Assembly (NCBI GenBank): GCA_016787345.1
Contig: JAEUUU010000013.1
Span: 25,357 to 89,356, forward strand
Reading direction: 5' to 3'
Origin: Saprospiraceae bacterium
Lineage (GTDB): Bacteria > Bacteroidota > Bacteroidia > Chitinophagales > Saprospiraceae
DNA length: 64,000 nt
This document shows, one piece after another, positions 33,865 through 43,564 of this stretch (position 1 is its first letter; each line of letters starts with the position of its first letter). A program made the translations under genes and the position numbers. The notes beneath the pieces are model-generated. The model saw only the letters and a program-made list of their open reading frames with translations, searched no databases and was not told the DNA's origin.

Positions 33865-35217
33865 ATGCCTGACCAGAATAAAACCGCCGTCGTCGTCGGC
33901 GCCGGCCTCGTTGGCTCCCTGTGGGCCGTATTTCTCGCCCGTCGCGGTTACCAGGTAAAAGTATTCGAACGTCGTCCCGACATGCGCGCGGCCGGTTATT
34001 CCGGTGGCCGCTCCATCAACCTGGCCATGTCGGAACGCGGCTGGAAGGCCATCGAACGGGCGGGTATCCGCGAAAAAATCGAGCCCGTCGCTATTCCGAT
34101 GCCGGGCCGTATGATCCACAACCTTGGCGGCGAGCTGGCGTACCAACCCTACGGCAAAACCGGGGAAGCGATCTACTCCGTGTCGCGCGGCGGCCTCAAT
34201 CTCGAACTGCTGAGTATTGCCGGCAGCTTCCCGAACGTCGAGTTCTTTTTCGAACACCGCTGCGTCGAGGTTGATCTGCAAAACCCGCTGATTACCTTCG
34301 AAGACCTGCGCAGCGGCGAGATCAAAACCCTCGAAGCGCCGCTGATTTTCGGTACCGACGGGGCGTTTTCCGCCGTTCGATATGCCCTGCAACGTACCGA
34401 CCGTTTCGATTACCGGCAGCGCTACCTCGAACACGGCTACAAGGAACTCACCATCCCGCCCGCGGCCGACGGCAGCCATCGCATGGACCCCAACGCCCTG
34501 CACATCTGGCCGCGCGGCAACTTTATGCTGATCGCCCTGCCCAATGCCGACGGCACCTTCACCTGCACGCTGTTCCTGCCCTTCGAAGGCGAAGTGGCCT
34601 TCGAACACCTGGGCAGCGACGAGGCCGTACTCGGCTTTTTCCAGCAATATTTCCCCGACGCGGTGCCGCTGATGCCTACGCTCCTGGAAGATTTTCGGAC
34701 CAACCCGACGTCCTCGCTTATGACCCTGCAATGCGCTCCCTGGCAATGGCAAAACCGCATCCTGCTGCTGGGCGATTCCGCGCACGCCATCGTACCGTTC
34801 TACGGACAGGGGATGAACGCCGGTTTTGAAGATTGCACTATCCTCGACGGCATGTACGAGACCTACGGCGGCGATTGGTCGCGCATGATCCCTGACTTTG
34901 CCCGCCAACGCAAACCCGACGGCGACGCCATCGCCGAACTGGCCCTGCGCAACTTTATCGAAATGCGCGATCTGGTGGGCGACCCCAGGTTTTTGCTGCG
35001 CAAAAAAATAGCCGCCCGTTTGCACGAGCGGCATCCCGACTTTTTGCCGGTATATTCCATGGTTACGTTCAGCAATACGCCTTATCACCTGGCCCTGCGC
35101 GAAGACGACGCCCAGAACCGCCTTTTTGAACGCATCCTGGCCATCGACAACATCGAACAGAAATGGGACGGCCCGGAGGTGGAAGCGGTGTTCAGGGAAT
35201 GGGTGGAGGCGGGTTAG
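33865..35217 (+). CDS. kmo: Kynurenine 3-monooxygenase (FAD-dependent)
   Basis: Rossmann motif 'VVVGAGLVGSLWAVFLARRGYQVKVFERRPD', then 'GRSINLAMSERG' and 'LLGDSAHAIVPFYGQGMNAGFEDC'. Size and motifs match bacterial KMO. Confidence 0.85.
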   Translation: MPDQNKTAVVVGAGLVGSLWAVFLARRGYQVKVFERRPDMRAAGYSGGRSINLAMSERGWKAIERAGIREKIEPVAIPMPGRMIHNLGGELAYQPYGKTGEAIYSVSRGGLNLELLSIAGSFPNVEFFFEHRCVEVDLQNPLITFEDLRSGEIKTLEAPLIFGTDGAFSAVRYALQRTDRFDYRQRYLEHGYKELTIPPAADGSHRMDPNALHIWPRGNFMLIALPNADGTFTCTLFLPFEGEVAFEHLGSDEAVLGFFQQYFPDAVPLMPTLLEDFRTNPTSSLMTLQCAPWQWQNRILLLGDSAHAIVPFYGQGMNAGFEDCTILDGMYETYGGDWSRMIPDFARQRKPDGDAIAELALRNFIEMRDLVGDPRFLLRKKIAARLHERHPDFLPVYSMVTFSNTPYHLALREDDAQNRLFERILAIDNIEQKWDGPEVEAVFREWVEAG

Positions 35218-35628
35218 GTTTTGGGGGTTGGGTGTTGGGTTTTGGGCAAAAGGGTTGCTGCTGCTTTCGAATCGGGTTTCGGGTTTTAGGTGTTGGGAGT
35301 TGGCAAAAGGGTTGCTGCTGCTTTCGGACAATGTCACGAGGCTAAGCCTCGCGCGAGCCGTGGTGAATTTCTGCGAAAAAGGGGTATTGCTGCTCTCGAA
35401 TCGGATTGGGGGTTTTAGGTTTTGGGAAAAGGGACACTACGGCTCTCGGACAATGGTCACGAGGCCAAGCCTCGCGCGAGCCGTGGTTAATTTCGCCCGA
35501 ACCCCAGGCATGTCCCGAGAGCAGCAACAACCCTTTTGCCAACTCCCAACACCTAAAACCCAAAACCCGATTCGAGAGCAGGAACAACCCTTTTACCCAA
35601 AACCTAAAACCCAAAACCCAACTCCCGA
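35211..35628. repeat. Composite intergenic repeat array, family C (copy 2)
   Basis: It uses the same unit vocabulary as 29863-30253. The core 'ggacaatg(g)tcacgaggc(t/c)aagcctcgcgcgagccgtgg' occurs twice. Two inverted units lie at the right end. The array fills the whole gap between the kmo stop and the GLPGLI gene stop. Confidence 0.9.
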
Positions 35629-35629
35629 T

Positions 35630-36352
35630 TTAGTTTCGAATGATTCGCATTGGGCGGCCGCCGTTTTCGCGCATCCGTTCGGCGACCATTTTCTGGAAGT
35701 CGGCTTCGCTGATCTTTTCGCCTTTTTTGGGGGCGGTCACCTCGTTCTTTTTCAGTTTTCGGAAATTTACTTTGGTGGCGACAAATTGCATTTCGCCGCT
35801 GTTGATGTCCAGTTCGAGGATCATGCCGGGCAACAGTCCGAAGCCGGCGGGACCGGCCGAAACCGGGATTGCATCGGCAAACCAGGCGGTGATCTGACGT
35901 TTCCGCACGGTATCCTGCATGGTGGCTTCCATACAACTGTAACCCAGAATGCTTTTGGTTTGACCGGTGATTTTCCAGCCCGGGGCGGCCAGCGTATCGT
36001 CGATCAGGTAGTTTTTGCTAAAAAATTCGCGGGCATCGGTTTTCCGGCCTGCTTCAAAATTGCGGTAAAAAATCGCCTCCGGCCGTTGCATACGAATCAC
36101 CATAGGTCCGCCACCGCCGGGTTCGTCCTCCTCTTCATCGGGCAGGTTGTGAAACAGGCTTTCTTTTGCCGAAAACAACAATTCGGCGTGCGAGGTGCGC
36201 CATTCGGGTATCATGGCGCGCATGTCGGCGGCATCGGGCGGAAGGTTGCGGTGCATATTGACTTTTTCGTCAAACAGAACGACACCTTCCGTCTGCTGGC
36301 CATAAGCGGCAAAACCGGCCAGGGTAAACAGGACGAGCAATAATTGTTTCAT
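35630..36352 (-). CDS. GLPGLI-family protein
   Basis: Signal peptide 'MKQLLLVLFTLAGFAAYGQ'. Signature-like 'GFGLLPGMILEL'. The size is typical of this Bacteroidota family. Confidence 0.8.
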   Translation of the reverse strand: MKQLLLVLFTLAGFAAYGQQTEGVVLFDEKVNMHRNLPPDAADMRAMIPEWRTSHAELLFSAKESLFHNLPDEEEDEPGGGGPMVIRMQRPEAIFYRNFEAGRKTDAREFFSKNYLIDDTLAAPGWKITGQTKSILGYSCMEATMQDTVRKRQITAWFADAIPVSAGPAGFGLLPGMILELDINSGEMQFVATKVNFRKLKKNEVTAPKKGEKISEADFQKMVAERMRENGGRPMRIIRN

Positions 36353-36508
36353 AATACTTTGGTTATTAGTTTTTTAAAATAAAATGATCTAATCTCTGGG
36401 GCAAAACTAGACCAAGACCACCCAGGGGGAAGTTAATCGTCCTTTCTATTAGGTTAATTAAGGTTAAGCACCCGCAGGCGCACCGAATAAAGCCGGTATT
36501 TTTGGGCC

Positions 36509-38020
36509 ATGCGATTGAAAGCATTCCTGAGTAATACGCGATTTATCTGGCTGATCGCCGTCAGTCTCCTGCTGCTGGCGGCCTTCCAGGTTTTTTGGCT
36601 GCGCAAAGTGTGGGACGAACAAAAAGAGGCTTTTATCCAGGAGGCCGACAATATCTTCCAGCGCACGGTAATCGCCCTGCAGGATTCGCTGACGCACCGG
36701 GCGATCCGCCGCAACGGCATTTCACCCGATACGTTTTTTATGCCACTTCCTCCGCCCATGCTGGAAATGTCGGGGCTGCGGACCATGCGCCTGCGGGAAA
36801 AAAAACGCACCATAATGACCCGCGATTCGTCGAAGGTCGAATTGAGCGTGAACAGCAAGGAGCGCTCCAATCAGGTGCAGATTTTTGTTTCAACCCTCGA
36901 AAGCAACGATGGACCGCCCAATATGCCCGGACTCGACCGGATTATGTCCAACTGGGAAAACAAACGTGATGAAAACGGCAAAGGGTTTGTTTTCAGAGTG
37001 GAGCAGGACACCATGGATGAAAACGAACTGCGGTTTCATTACACCGATCGTTTGCAAAAAGCCGGCTTGCCCGTCGATTTTCAACTGCTGAAATTTGAAG
37101 ATTTCGGATACCCCGACTCCGGCCTGCTGGCCACCGAACCGATGCACGCGGGTTTGCTTACGCACCGCTCCTATGCCGCCTTTTTTCCCGATTACCAGCC
37201 TTATATCCTGAAAAAAACCCTGCCGTTTGGATTCTTTTCCCTGCTCTTGTTCGGTATTACAGCGGCGGCTTTTTGGGTGATCTGGAAAAGCCTTCGCAGG
37301 CAACAGCGCCTTACCAAATTGAAAAACGACTTTATCGCCAATATCACCCACGAACTCAAAACCCCCATCACAACCGTCAGTGTAGCGCTCGAAGCCCTGA
37401 GCGACTTCGATGCGCGACGCGACCCGGTGCGCACCCGCGAGTATCTGGACATTTCCAAACTCGAACTCGAACGCCTCTCCCTGCTGGTCGACAAGGTGCT
37501 CCGCCTCTCCATGTTCGAACAACAGGAACCCCGCCTGCGCATGGAAACCCTTTCGCTGGCAGAAGTCGTGCAACAAGTGCTGGGTGCGCTTCGTCTTCAG
37601 GCCGAACGTCGAGGGGCCGTCATCGATCTCGACTTTGATCCGACGCTTGATTATGCTGTTAAAAGCGATCGCCTGCACCTGTCGAGCGTCGTATTCAACC
37701 TGCTCGACAATGCGCTGAAATACACAAAAGGCCATGCGCGCGTACGGGTTGCACTGCGGAAAGACGGCGATCTGGTCAGCCTCAGCGTACAGGATAACGG
37801 ACCAGGCATCCCATCGGAATACCGCGAAAAGATTTTTGAAAAATTCTTCCGGCTCCCTGCTTCCGGCGACACCCACGACGTCAAAGGGCATGGGCTGGGG
37901 CTCAGTTACGCCCGACAGGTGGCGCGGCTGCATGGCGGCGACATCACCCTGAGCAGCACGGAACAAGCGGGCAGTACTTTTGTACTAAGCCTCCCCGCGG
38001 CCGATTCAATAGCGGCTTAG
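36509..38020 (+). CDS. Sensor histidine kinase (two TM segments, HisKA + HATPase_c)
   Basis: H-box 'FIANITHELKTPIT', N-box 'VVFNLLDNALKYT', G-boxes 'VQDNGPGIP' and 'GHGLGLSY'. Confidence 0.88.
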   Translation: MRLKAFLSNTRFIWLIAVSLLLLAAFQVFWLRKVWDEQKEAFIQEADNIFQRTVIALQDSLTHRAIRRNGISPDTFFMPLPPPMLEMSGLRTMRLREKKRTIMTRDSSKVELSVNSKERSNQVQIFVSTLESNDGPPNMPGLDRIMSNWENKRDENGKGFVFRVEQDTMDENELRFHYTDRLQKAGLPVDFQLLKFEDFGYPDSGLLATEPMHAGLLTHRSYAAFFPDYQPYILKKTLPFGFFSLLLFGITAAAFWVIWKSLRRQQRLTKLKNDFIANITHELKTPITTVSVALEALSDFDARRDPVRTREYLDISKLELERLSLLVDKVLRLSMFEQQEPRLRMETLSLAEVVQQVLGALRLQAERRGAVIDLDFDPTLDYAVKSDRLHLSSVVFNLLDNALKYTKGHARVRVALRKDGDLVSLSVQDNGPGIPSEYREKIFEKFFRLPASGDTHDVKGHGLGLSYARQVARLHGGDITLSSTEQAGSTFVLSLPAADSIAA

Positions 38021-39181
38021 CACCTCGATCAGGGTGTCGATTTCCGCTTCCGTATTGTAATAATGTGGCGAAATGCGCAGGGCCCAGGGCACGTTTTTGC
38101 GCCCAAAATCGATCCGGGCCGACCCTATGGTGGATATCCGGCAGTTGATCCGGTGGTCGGAAAGATGTGCCATCAGGCGTTGCGCTTCCCAGGCGGGGCT
38201 CCAGGCGGTCACAATGCCCGAAAGGTTCGCGCCGCGGTCGAGCACCTGTACCCCGGGCAAGGCCGGCAGCATGGTTCGTGTTTTGGCTGCCAGTTGTCCG
38301 ACGCTTTCCCGAATGGCTTCCAGACCCGTTTCCAGGGCATATTCCACGGCTGCTCTGGCGCCCAGGATCAGGGCCGGCGCCATTTCCCAATATTCAAATC
38401 GCCGCGCATCGGCAACCGGCACATAAGCATCCGGCGCGGTCCACTGTGCGCCGCGCATATCCGGCAGCAGCATTTCCAGTCCGGCGTCGAGCGCGCGGTC
38501 GGAGACAAACAGAAACCCCGCGCCGCGCGGGCCGCGCAAAAACTTGCGAAACGTAGCCGCCAGGAAATCGCACCCGATTTGCTCCACGTTCAAGGGCATC
38601 TGGCCGGCCGACTGGCAGGCGTCCACGAGATACCAGATGCCGTTTTCGCGGCAGAGCCGGCCGATGGTTTCCGCCGGCTGTATCAGGCCGCTGTTGGTTG
38701 GCACATGGGTGACCGCGACCAGCGCCGGATGTTGCGTGCGCACAAGCCGCTCCATATCTCCGACGTCGACGCCGCCTTCGGGTGCGTCGGCCGCGCGCAC
38801 GATCCGTACGCCCCGTTTTTTTTGCAGCGACAGAAAGGCGATCTGGTTGGAAACGTAGTCGTTTTCAGTTGTGAGCATGACGTCTCCGGGCTGAAAGGGC
38901 ACGGCGCTCAGGGCACGGGCATAAGCGTCGGTAGCGCTGCCGGCAAAAGCGATATTCCGGGCCCGGGCGCCCAGCATTTGCGCAACTGCCATATAAAATT
39001 GGTCAATTGCGCTGGCTTTAAAGTCGGCCGCTTCGTAGCCGCCTATTTCGGCTTCAAGCGCAAGGTAATCCTGCATGGCCTGCAAAACCGGGCGTGGCGG
39101 GAGGGCTGCGCCGGCATTGTTCAGGTGAATACAGTGCGCGCAACCGGGTGTGTCAGCGCGGAGTTCGGAACGTGATTTCAT
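38006..39181 (-). CDS. Aminotransferase class V-fold PLP-dependent enzyme (cysteine desulfurase/epimerase-like)
   Basis: 'IHLNNAGAALPP', 'YLVDACQSAGQMPLNV' and 'LAATFRKFLRGPRGAGFL' (the PLP-lysine region). The 3' end overlaps the convergent kinase gene by 15 bp. Confidence 0.82.
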   Translation of the reverse strand: MKSRSELRADTPGCAHCIHLNNAGAALPPRPVLQAMQDYLALEAEIGGYEAADFKASAIDQFYMAVAQMLGARARNIAFAGSATDAYARALSAVPFQPGDVMLTTENDYVSNQIAFLSLQKKRGVRIVRAADAPEGGVDVGDMERLVRTQHPALVAVTHVPTNSGLIQPAETIGRLCRENGIWYLVDACQSAGQMPLNVEQIGCDFLAATFRKFLRGPRGAGFLFVSDRALDAGLEMLLPDMRGAQWTAPDAYVPVADARRFEYWEMAPALILGARAAVEYALETGLEAIRESVGQLAAKTRTMLPALPGVQVLDRGANLSGIVTAWSPAWEAQRLMAHLSDHRINCRISTIGSARIDFGRKNVPWALRISPHYYNTEAEIDTLIEVLSRY

Positions 39182-39254
39182 AGCGAAAAATTAAATTAAA
39201 CGGCGCGCGGCCAGGTTCTCAGCACAACAGTTTCTATAAACCCTCATCAACCCT

Positions 39255-40565
39255 TTATAAACCCCTGTAAATTTGATTTCTAAGGGCCAGCAGTTGGGCA
39301 AATTGTTCCGGCTGCCGGCGGGCAAACAGGTGCGCAAATCGGTGCTGGCGCAAGGCTGCGGCGGTATTCAGCCATTTTTCCGTCAAGAGACCCAGCGGAA
39401 TAGTTGCTCCTGTGGCGGCCAGGGCCAGCCAATTGTGGTTCAGCGCGAATTTTGCGCCTTTAAAAAAGCCCCAAAGTGCCAGCGGAAACGTGATGAGGCC
39501 GGCCAGGATTTTCACATTGGAACTGTAACCGATGTAAAGCCCCATTTTGCGGTTGAGCCACGAAGGCAGGAAACAGGGCAAAAACCAGAACAGGTAGCCG
39601 ATCAGAAAAAACGGAAAGCCGGCCAACAGGGCGAGTGTTTTCAGAAAAATGCTTGTTCCCGATCCCGGACTGGCCGCCGAGAAGACACCGGCATCGCTCA
39701 ATCCCAGTTGTTTCATTTGTTCAAAATATTGTCTGACCAACCCGGAAAGCAGGGTGTCATCGAGGTGTTTTTCCACCAGCTTGCGGCTCCTGAAAAACTC
39801 CTCACGCAGGGGCGCGGGCTGGCTGTTGTGCAACAGCATTTCCAGCCGGCCGGTTAGTTGTTCGCCAGCCTCGTCGCGGGTGTGAATGCTGAGCCATTTC
39901 AGGCGTTGTTCCAGAAATTCGGTCAGGTCGTTGACTGCCGCTTCGTGGTCTTTTTTCCAGGCATCGGCCCAGTCGCGTGGCCATACGGGCGCGCCGACGT
40001 TCACTACCGAGTCGCTGCGAAACAGGTTGGGCGCATTGTACGACAGGCCGATGGGAATGATTTTTACTTCCAGTTGCCAGTTGTTGCGGTCCTCGGCGCC
40101 AAAACCGATGCGGGCAGTGCCCGTTTTCAATTCGCGCACCCAGCGGTTCATCCAGCTGACGCCTTCGGGGGCGATAAACAACACACCGCCTTTTTCGAGG
40201 TGCCGGTAACATTGCTCGAAGGTCGCGTCGAGGTCGCGCGCTTCGCCATCGGCCACATCTTCGCGGCGTTTGACGGGTATGCAGAACAGCCGGCGCAGGA
40301 GCCAGTTGGACACCGGGTGTTTAAACAAGCCGTAATTGGCCAGGAAAAACATCTCCTGCCGGATATGTATCCCCGACACCAGCACGTCCAGAAGGGTATT
40401 CGGATGGTTGACAATCACGATAGCCGGCCCATCGAAACGCAGGTTTTCGCGGCCCAGCAACAGCCGGCGACGGTAAAAAACGACAATACCCAGCCACGAC
40501 AACACGCGCAACAAGACGTATATCAGGCGGAGAAAAGGGTGGAGCGGAGCGTTGCGATAAGCCAT
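39255..40565 (-). CDS. Lysophospholipid/glycerol-phosphate acyltransferase (PlsC-like) with C-terminal membrane domain
   Basis: Acyltransferase block I 'IVNHPNTLLD' (HX4D) and block III 'FIAPEG'. The C-terminus is hydrophobic. Confidence 0.78.
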   Translation of the reverse strand: MAYRNAPLHPFLRLIYVLLRVLSWLGIVVFYRRRLLLGRENLRFDGPAIVIVNHPNTLLDVLVSGIHIRQEMFFLANYGLFKHPVSNWLLRRLFCIPVKRREDVADGEARDLDATFEQCYRHLEKGGVLFIAPEGVSWMNRWVRELKTGTARIGFGAEDRNNWQLEVKIIPIGLSYNAPNLFRSDSVVNVGAPVWPRDWADAWKKDHEAAVNDLTEFLEQRLKWLSIHTRDEAGEQLTGRLEMLLHNSQPAPLREEFFRSRKLVEKHLDDTLLSGLVRQYFEQMKQLGLSDAGVFSAASPGSGTSIFLKTLALLAGFPFFLIGYLFWFLPCFLPSWLNRKMGLYIGYSSNVKILAGLITFPLALWGFFKGAKFALNHNWLALAATGATIPLGLLTEKWLNTAAALRQHRFAHLFARRQPEQFAQLLALRNQIYRGL

Positions 40566-40612
40566 TTACGGGGACAATTGACAATCGCCGTAAAGGTATC
40601 GATTCGCCACAC

Positions 40613-43369
40613 TCAACGTATCACCGTCACATCACCTTCATAGGGCACTTCCACCTGATCGACAAAACGCACCAGTGCATACCAGGTAAATACGCCGTTG
40701 TTGACCGGGTCGCCCCGGTAGGTGCCGTCCCAACCCTGGTTCAGTTCGCCCAGGTCGAGGTCTTTTCCTTCAAAAATTAACGAACCCCAACGGTCGTACA
40801 CCCGCAGCAGCAGGATACGTTCGGCGGCAGGGCCGCCAAACAGGGTGAAATGGTCGTTGAGCCCCGGATTGTCGGGGGCAAAAGCGTTCGGCGCATAAAT
40901 CGGGCGGTCTTTTCTGACTTTCACCCTGACCGTGTCCAGGGCCATGCAACCCGTCTCGTCCGTAATTTTGATCACGTACAACTGATCCTGAATAGCGGTC
41001 AGGTACGGTTCCGGGCAATCTGTACAATCCAGCCCGAGTCCCGGCGTCCATTCATACGTCACCGGCCTGCCGATCGGTGCGGTAAAGGTGGACACAAAAA
41101 CCTGAAACCCAAGGTCGAGCGTGGTATCGGCAGGTTCGGCGATGACAATCAGGGGCGGCGGTTGCGTAATGGTAGCCTGCACGGAATCGATACATCCGGA
41201 GGCGTCCTGGATTTTGGCCCAATACGTACCGGCCATCAATCCGGTCAGCGTATCGGTCGGTACGTAGGTGATTCCGTCGGCGCTGAATGTGTAAGGCGGG
41301 CGACCGCCCGAGCCTTCCAGGCGGATTTCTCCTTCGGGTATGCCATTGCACAGCAGGTTGACCACGTCGATCAGGTCGACGAGCAAATCGGGTGGTTCGT
41401 TGATCAACACCTCGCCGGTGATGGTGCAATCGTTGCCGTCGGTGACGGTAACGGTGTAGGGCCCGGGCGGGAAGTTGACCGCTGTTTGACTTTGCTGGCC
41501 GTCGCTCCACAGGTAGGAATAATTCCCGACGCCGCCGGAGGGGTTGGCCGTAGCGCTGCCGTCGTCGAGGCCATAACAACTGATGTCGATCGTATCGAGC
41601 GCGAGCGCCAGGGGCGGGTTGTCTTCCACAGTAACTTCGAAGGTGCCTTCGCAGAGGGTCACGTCGATGGCTTTGACCGTATAGGTACCGGCGGCAAACC
41701 CGTCTTCGGAATTGTCGGGGATGTAGCCGTTGCCCCAGTCGAATTCAACCGGAGGTTTGCCGTTGGTCACGATCAGCGTGATAACGCCGTTGTCGTCGCC
41801 GAAACACAGCGGCTTGTCTACCAGTACATCGGCGGTGAGGATGCGCTCTTCGAGCGGGATGTCGAAACTGGTTTCGCAGTTATTGGCGTCTCGAATCACC
41901 AGGGTATAGGTGCCCACGCCGAGGTTTTCGAGGGAGTTGTCGGAGGTAAACGGGCCGCCGTTCCAGCTGAACAAATAGGGCGGCGTGCCCGATTCGATAT
42001 TGTTGATCGTGATGGCCCCGTTGGTGGCGCCATTGCAATCGGGCGCGGCGAAGATGGTGTCCACTTTTACATCGGGGTACACCGTGACGCTTTGGATATC
42101 GGTCACCTGGCAGCCCAGGTCGGTTTCGAGGGTCAGCACCACGGGTTGGGTGCCGGGGGTATTGAAGGTGACGGTATGCGGGCCGGCGCCATTGGCGGTG
42201 AGTGGTTGGGCGTTGGCGCCGAAGCTCCATTTCCAGCCGGTGATGGCGCCCAAAGCGAAGGTCGAATTATCGGTGATCGTGACCGGGGTGCCCAGGCAAA
42301 CTGCTTCGGGCACGGTCGTAAAAGCCGCTTTCGGACCGAGAAAAGTGCCGCTGCCGCCAAATTCGATGGAAAAGCCGTTGCCCGTGCTGCTGAAATTATT
42401 GACGCAGAGCGCATACGATTCACCGGCCACCATGTCGAGCGGCGCGATCCAGGCATTGTCGCCCACATCGGTGCAACCGGCGTCTTCCGACACGTCCGTT
42501 TCGCCGGCCAGCAAGCCGGTCGGCCCCATGCAGGGATTGGGATAAAGCGTCGGGTCGGTGCCGGATGCCATGCAACGGACGACCTCTTTGCCCTGGCAAT
42601 TCCCGATGCCGTTGGGCAGGCGATAAAGTACAAAATCGAGGTCGTCGGTGACGTTGAGCGGGCTGAGGGTAAAGGTCAACGTGCCGGATGTTTCGCAGGT
42701 CCAGGTAAACCAGGTCGAATTGGATTCGAAGTTGCTCGGCGCTCCGTTGAAAAAACACTGGGCATCGTCCAGTTCGGTGATATTGTTGCCGGCGCCGATG
42801 ATCTGTTGCACGACGAAGGGCGATTTGTCGCACAAAATTGCCGCCGTCGGGCAATCGGAAGTAGGATCGACGGGCGGGTTGTAATTGTTGAGGCAAAGCT
42901 GGAAGGTGCCGGTCGCGCCTCCCAGTCCCTGTATTCGGATAAAATAGGTGGAGCCGGGGTAAAGCCCTCCCTGATAGGCCTCCACGATATGCGCTCCGGG
43001 CGGCGCCGACTGGCATTCGAGCTGATTGATGGTGCCGCCGCAGGTGCCGAGGTACAGAGAAATCTGCGGGTTTTGAAGCGTTCCGCCCGGCGCGTTGGCC
43101 GTAGCGCCCCGCACGGTAATGGTGACGTCGGTGTATTGGGCGGTAAAAGTGAACCACACGTCGTTTTGCGTTGCCGTCCAGCATTGGGGCGGGCCGTAGG
43201 TAGAAGGGGTAGCGCCCACGTTGGTGTACGCCCCGACGGGACTGCAATAGTTGGTCACGTCGGTGATATTGAAGGGCGCGGTGCAATCGTCGTTGACGGG
43301 CTGCGCCATTGCCGCGAGTGTACAGCACGACAAAAACAGGAGGGTAAATGCGCGTTTTCTCATATGCAA
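40613..43369 (-). CDS. Large surface protein with T9SS type B (gliding-motility-associated, CHU_C-like) C-terminal domain
   Basis: Signal peptide 'MRKRAFTLLFLSCCTLAAMAQ'. A PKD-like segment and SprB-type repeats ('CNGATNGAITINN...PPYLFSWNGG'). CTD '...APNAFAPDNPGLNDHFTLFGG...RVYDRWGSLIFEG...GWDGTYRG'. Confidence 0.88.
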   Translation of the reverse strand: MHMRKRAFTLLFLSCCTLAAMAQPVNDDCTAPFNITDVTNYCSPVGAYTNVGATPSTYGPPQCWTATQNDVWFTFTAQYTDVTITVRGATANAPGGTLQNPQISLYLGTCGGTINQLECQSAPPGAHIVEAYQGGLYPGSTYFIRIQGLGGATGTFQLCLNNYNPPVDPTSDCPTAAILCDKSPFVVQQIIGAGNNITELDDAQCFFNGAPSNFESNSTWFTWTCETSGTLTFTLSPLNVTDDLDFVLYRLPNGIGNCQGKEVVRCMASGTDPTLYPNPCMGPTGLLAGETDVSEDAGCTDVGDNAWIAPLDMVAGESYALCVNNFSSTGNGFSIEFGGSGTFLGPKAAFTTVPEAVCLGTPVTITDNSTFALGAITGWKWSFGANAQPLTANGAGPHTVTFNTPGTQPVVLTLETDLGCQVTDIQSVTVYPDVKVDTIFAAPDCNGATNGAITINNIESGTPPYLFSWNGGPFTSDNSLENLGVGTYTLVIRDANNCETSFDIPLEERILTADVLVDKPLCFGDDNGVITLIVTNGKPPVEFDWGNGYIPDNSEDGFAAGTYTVKAIDVTLCEGTFEVTVEDNPPLALALDTIDISCYGLDDGSATANPSGGVGNYSYLWSDGQQSQTAVNFPPGPYTVTVTDGNDCTITGEVLINEPPDLLVDLIDVVNLLCNGIPEGEIRLEGSGGRPPYTFSADGITYVPTDTLTGLMAGTYWAKIQDASGCIDSVQATITQPPPLIVIAEPADTTLDLGFQVFVSTFTAPIGRPVTYEWTPGLGLDCTDCPEPYLTAIQDQLYVIKITDETGCMALDTVRVKVRKDRPIYAPNAFAPDNPGLNDHFTLFGGPAAERILLLRVYDRWGSLIFEGKDLDLGELNQGWDGTYRGDPVNNGVFTWYALVRFVDQVEVPYEGDVTVIR

Positions 43370-43564
43370 GAGGTAGGGCAGAAAGGGATCGGTTTATCTC
43401 GTTAGACGCTTTTTAAGGTGAAATTGTTGGCTGCCCCAAACGTCAAAGTTTTCTTAAAAAACTGGCTTTCAGTCGTTAGGCTGTTTTAGGGGCAGCGAAT
43501 TTCCTGCAAAATAGCATAGAATAGCCAAATTCCTTTGCCGCCGAAATGTGGTACTTTTGCCGCC

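Noticed and set aside
33757-35337. 526-aa ORF on the minus strand
   Set aside because: It is antisense to kmo and its N-terminal end is translated from repeat array C2. It has no motifs.
35126-36343. 405-aa plus-strand ORF
   Set aside because: The first third is a translation of repeat array C2 ('GLGVGFWAKGLLLLSNRVSGFRCW'). The rest is antisense to the GLPGLI gene.
40850-43405. 851-aa ORF on the plus strand
   Set aside because: It is antisense to the T9SS type B cargo gene, whose signal peptide and CTD are unambiguous. The Gly/Arg/Ala-rich artefact composition argues against it.
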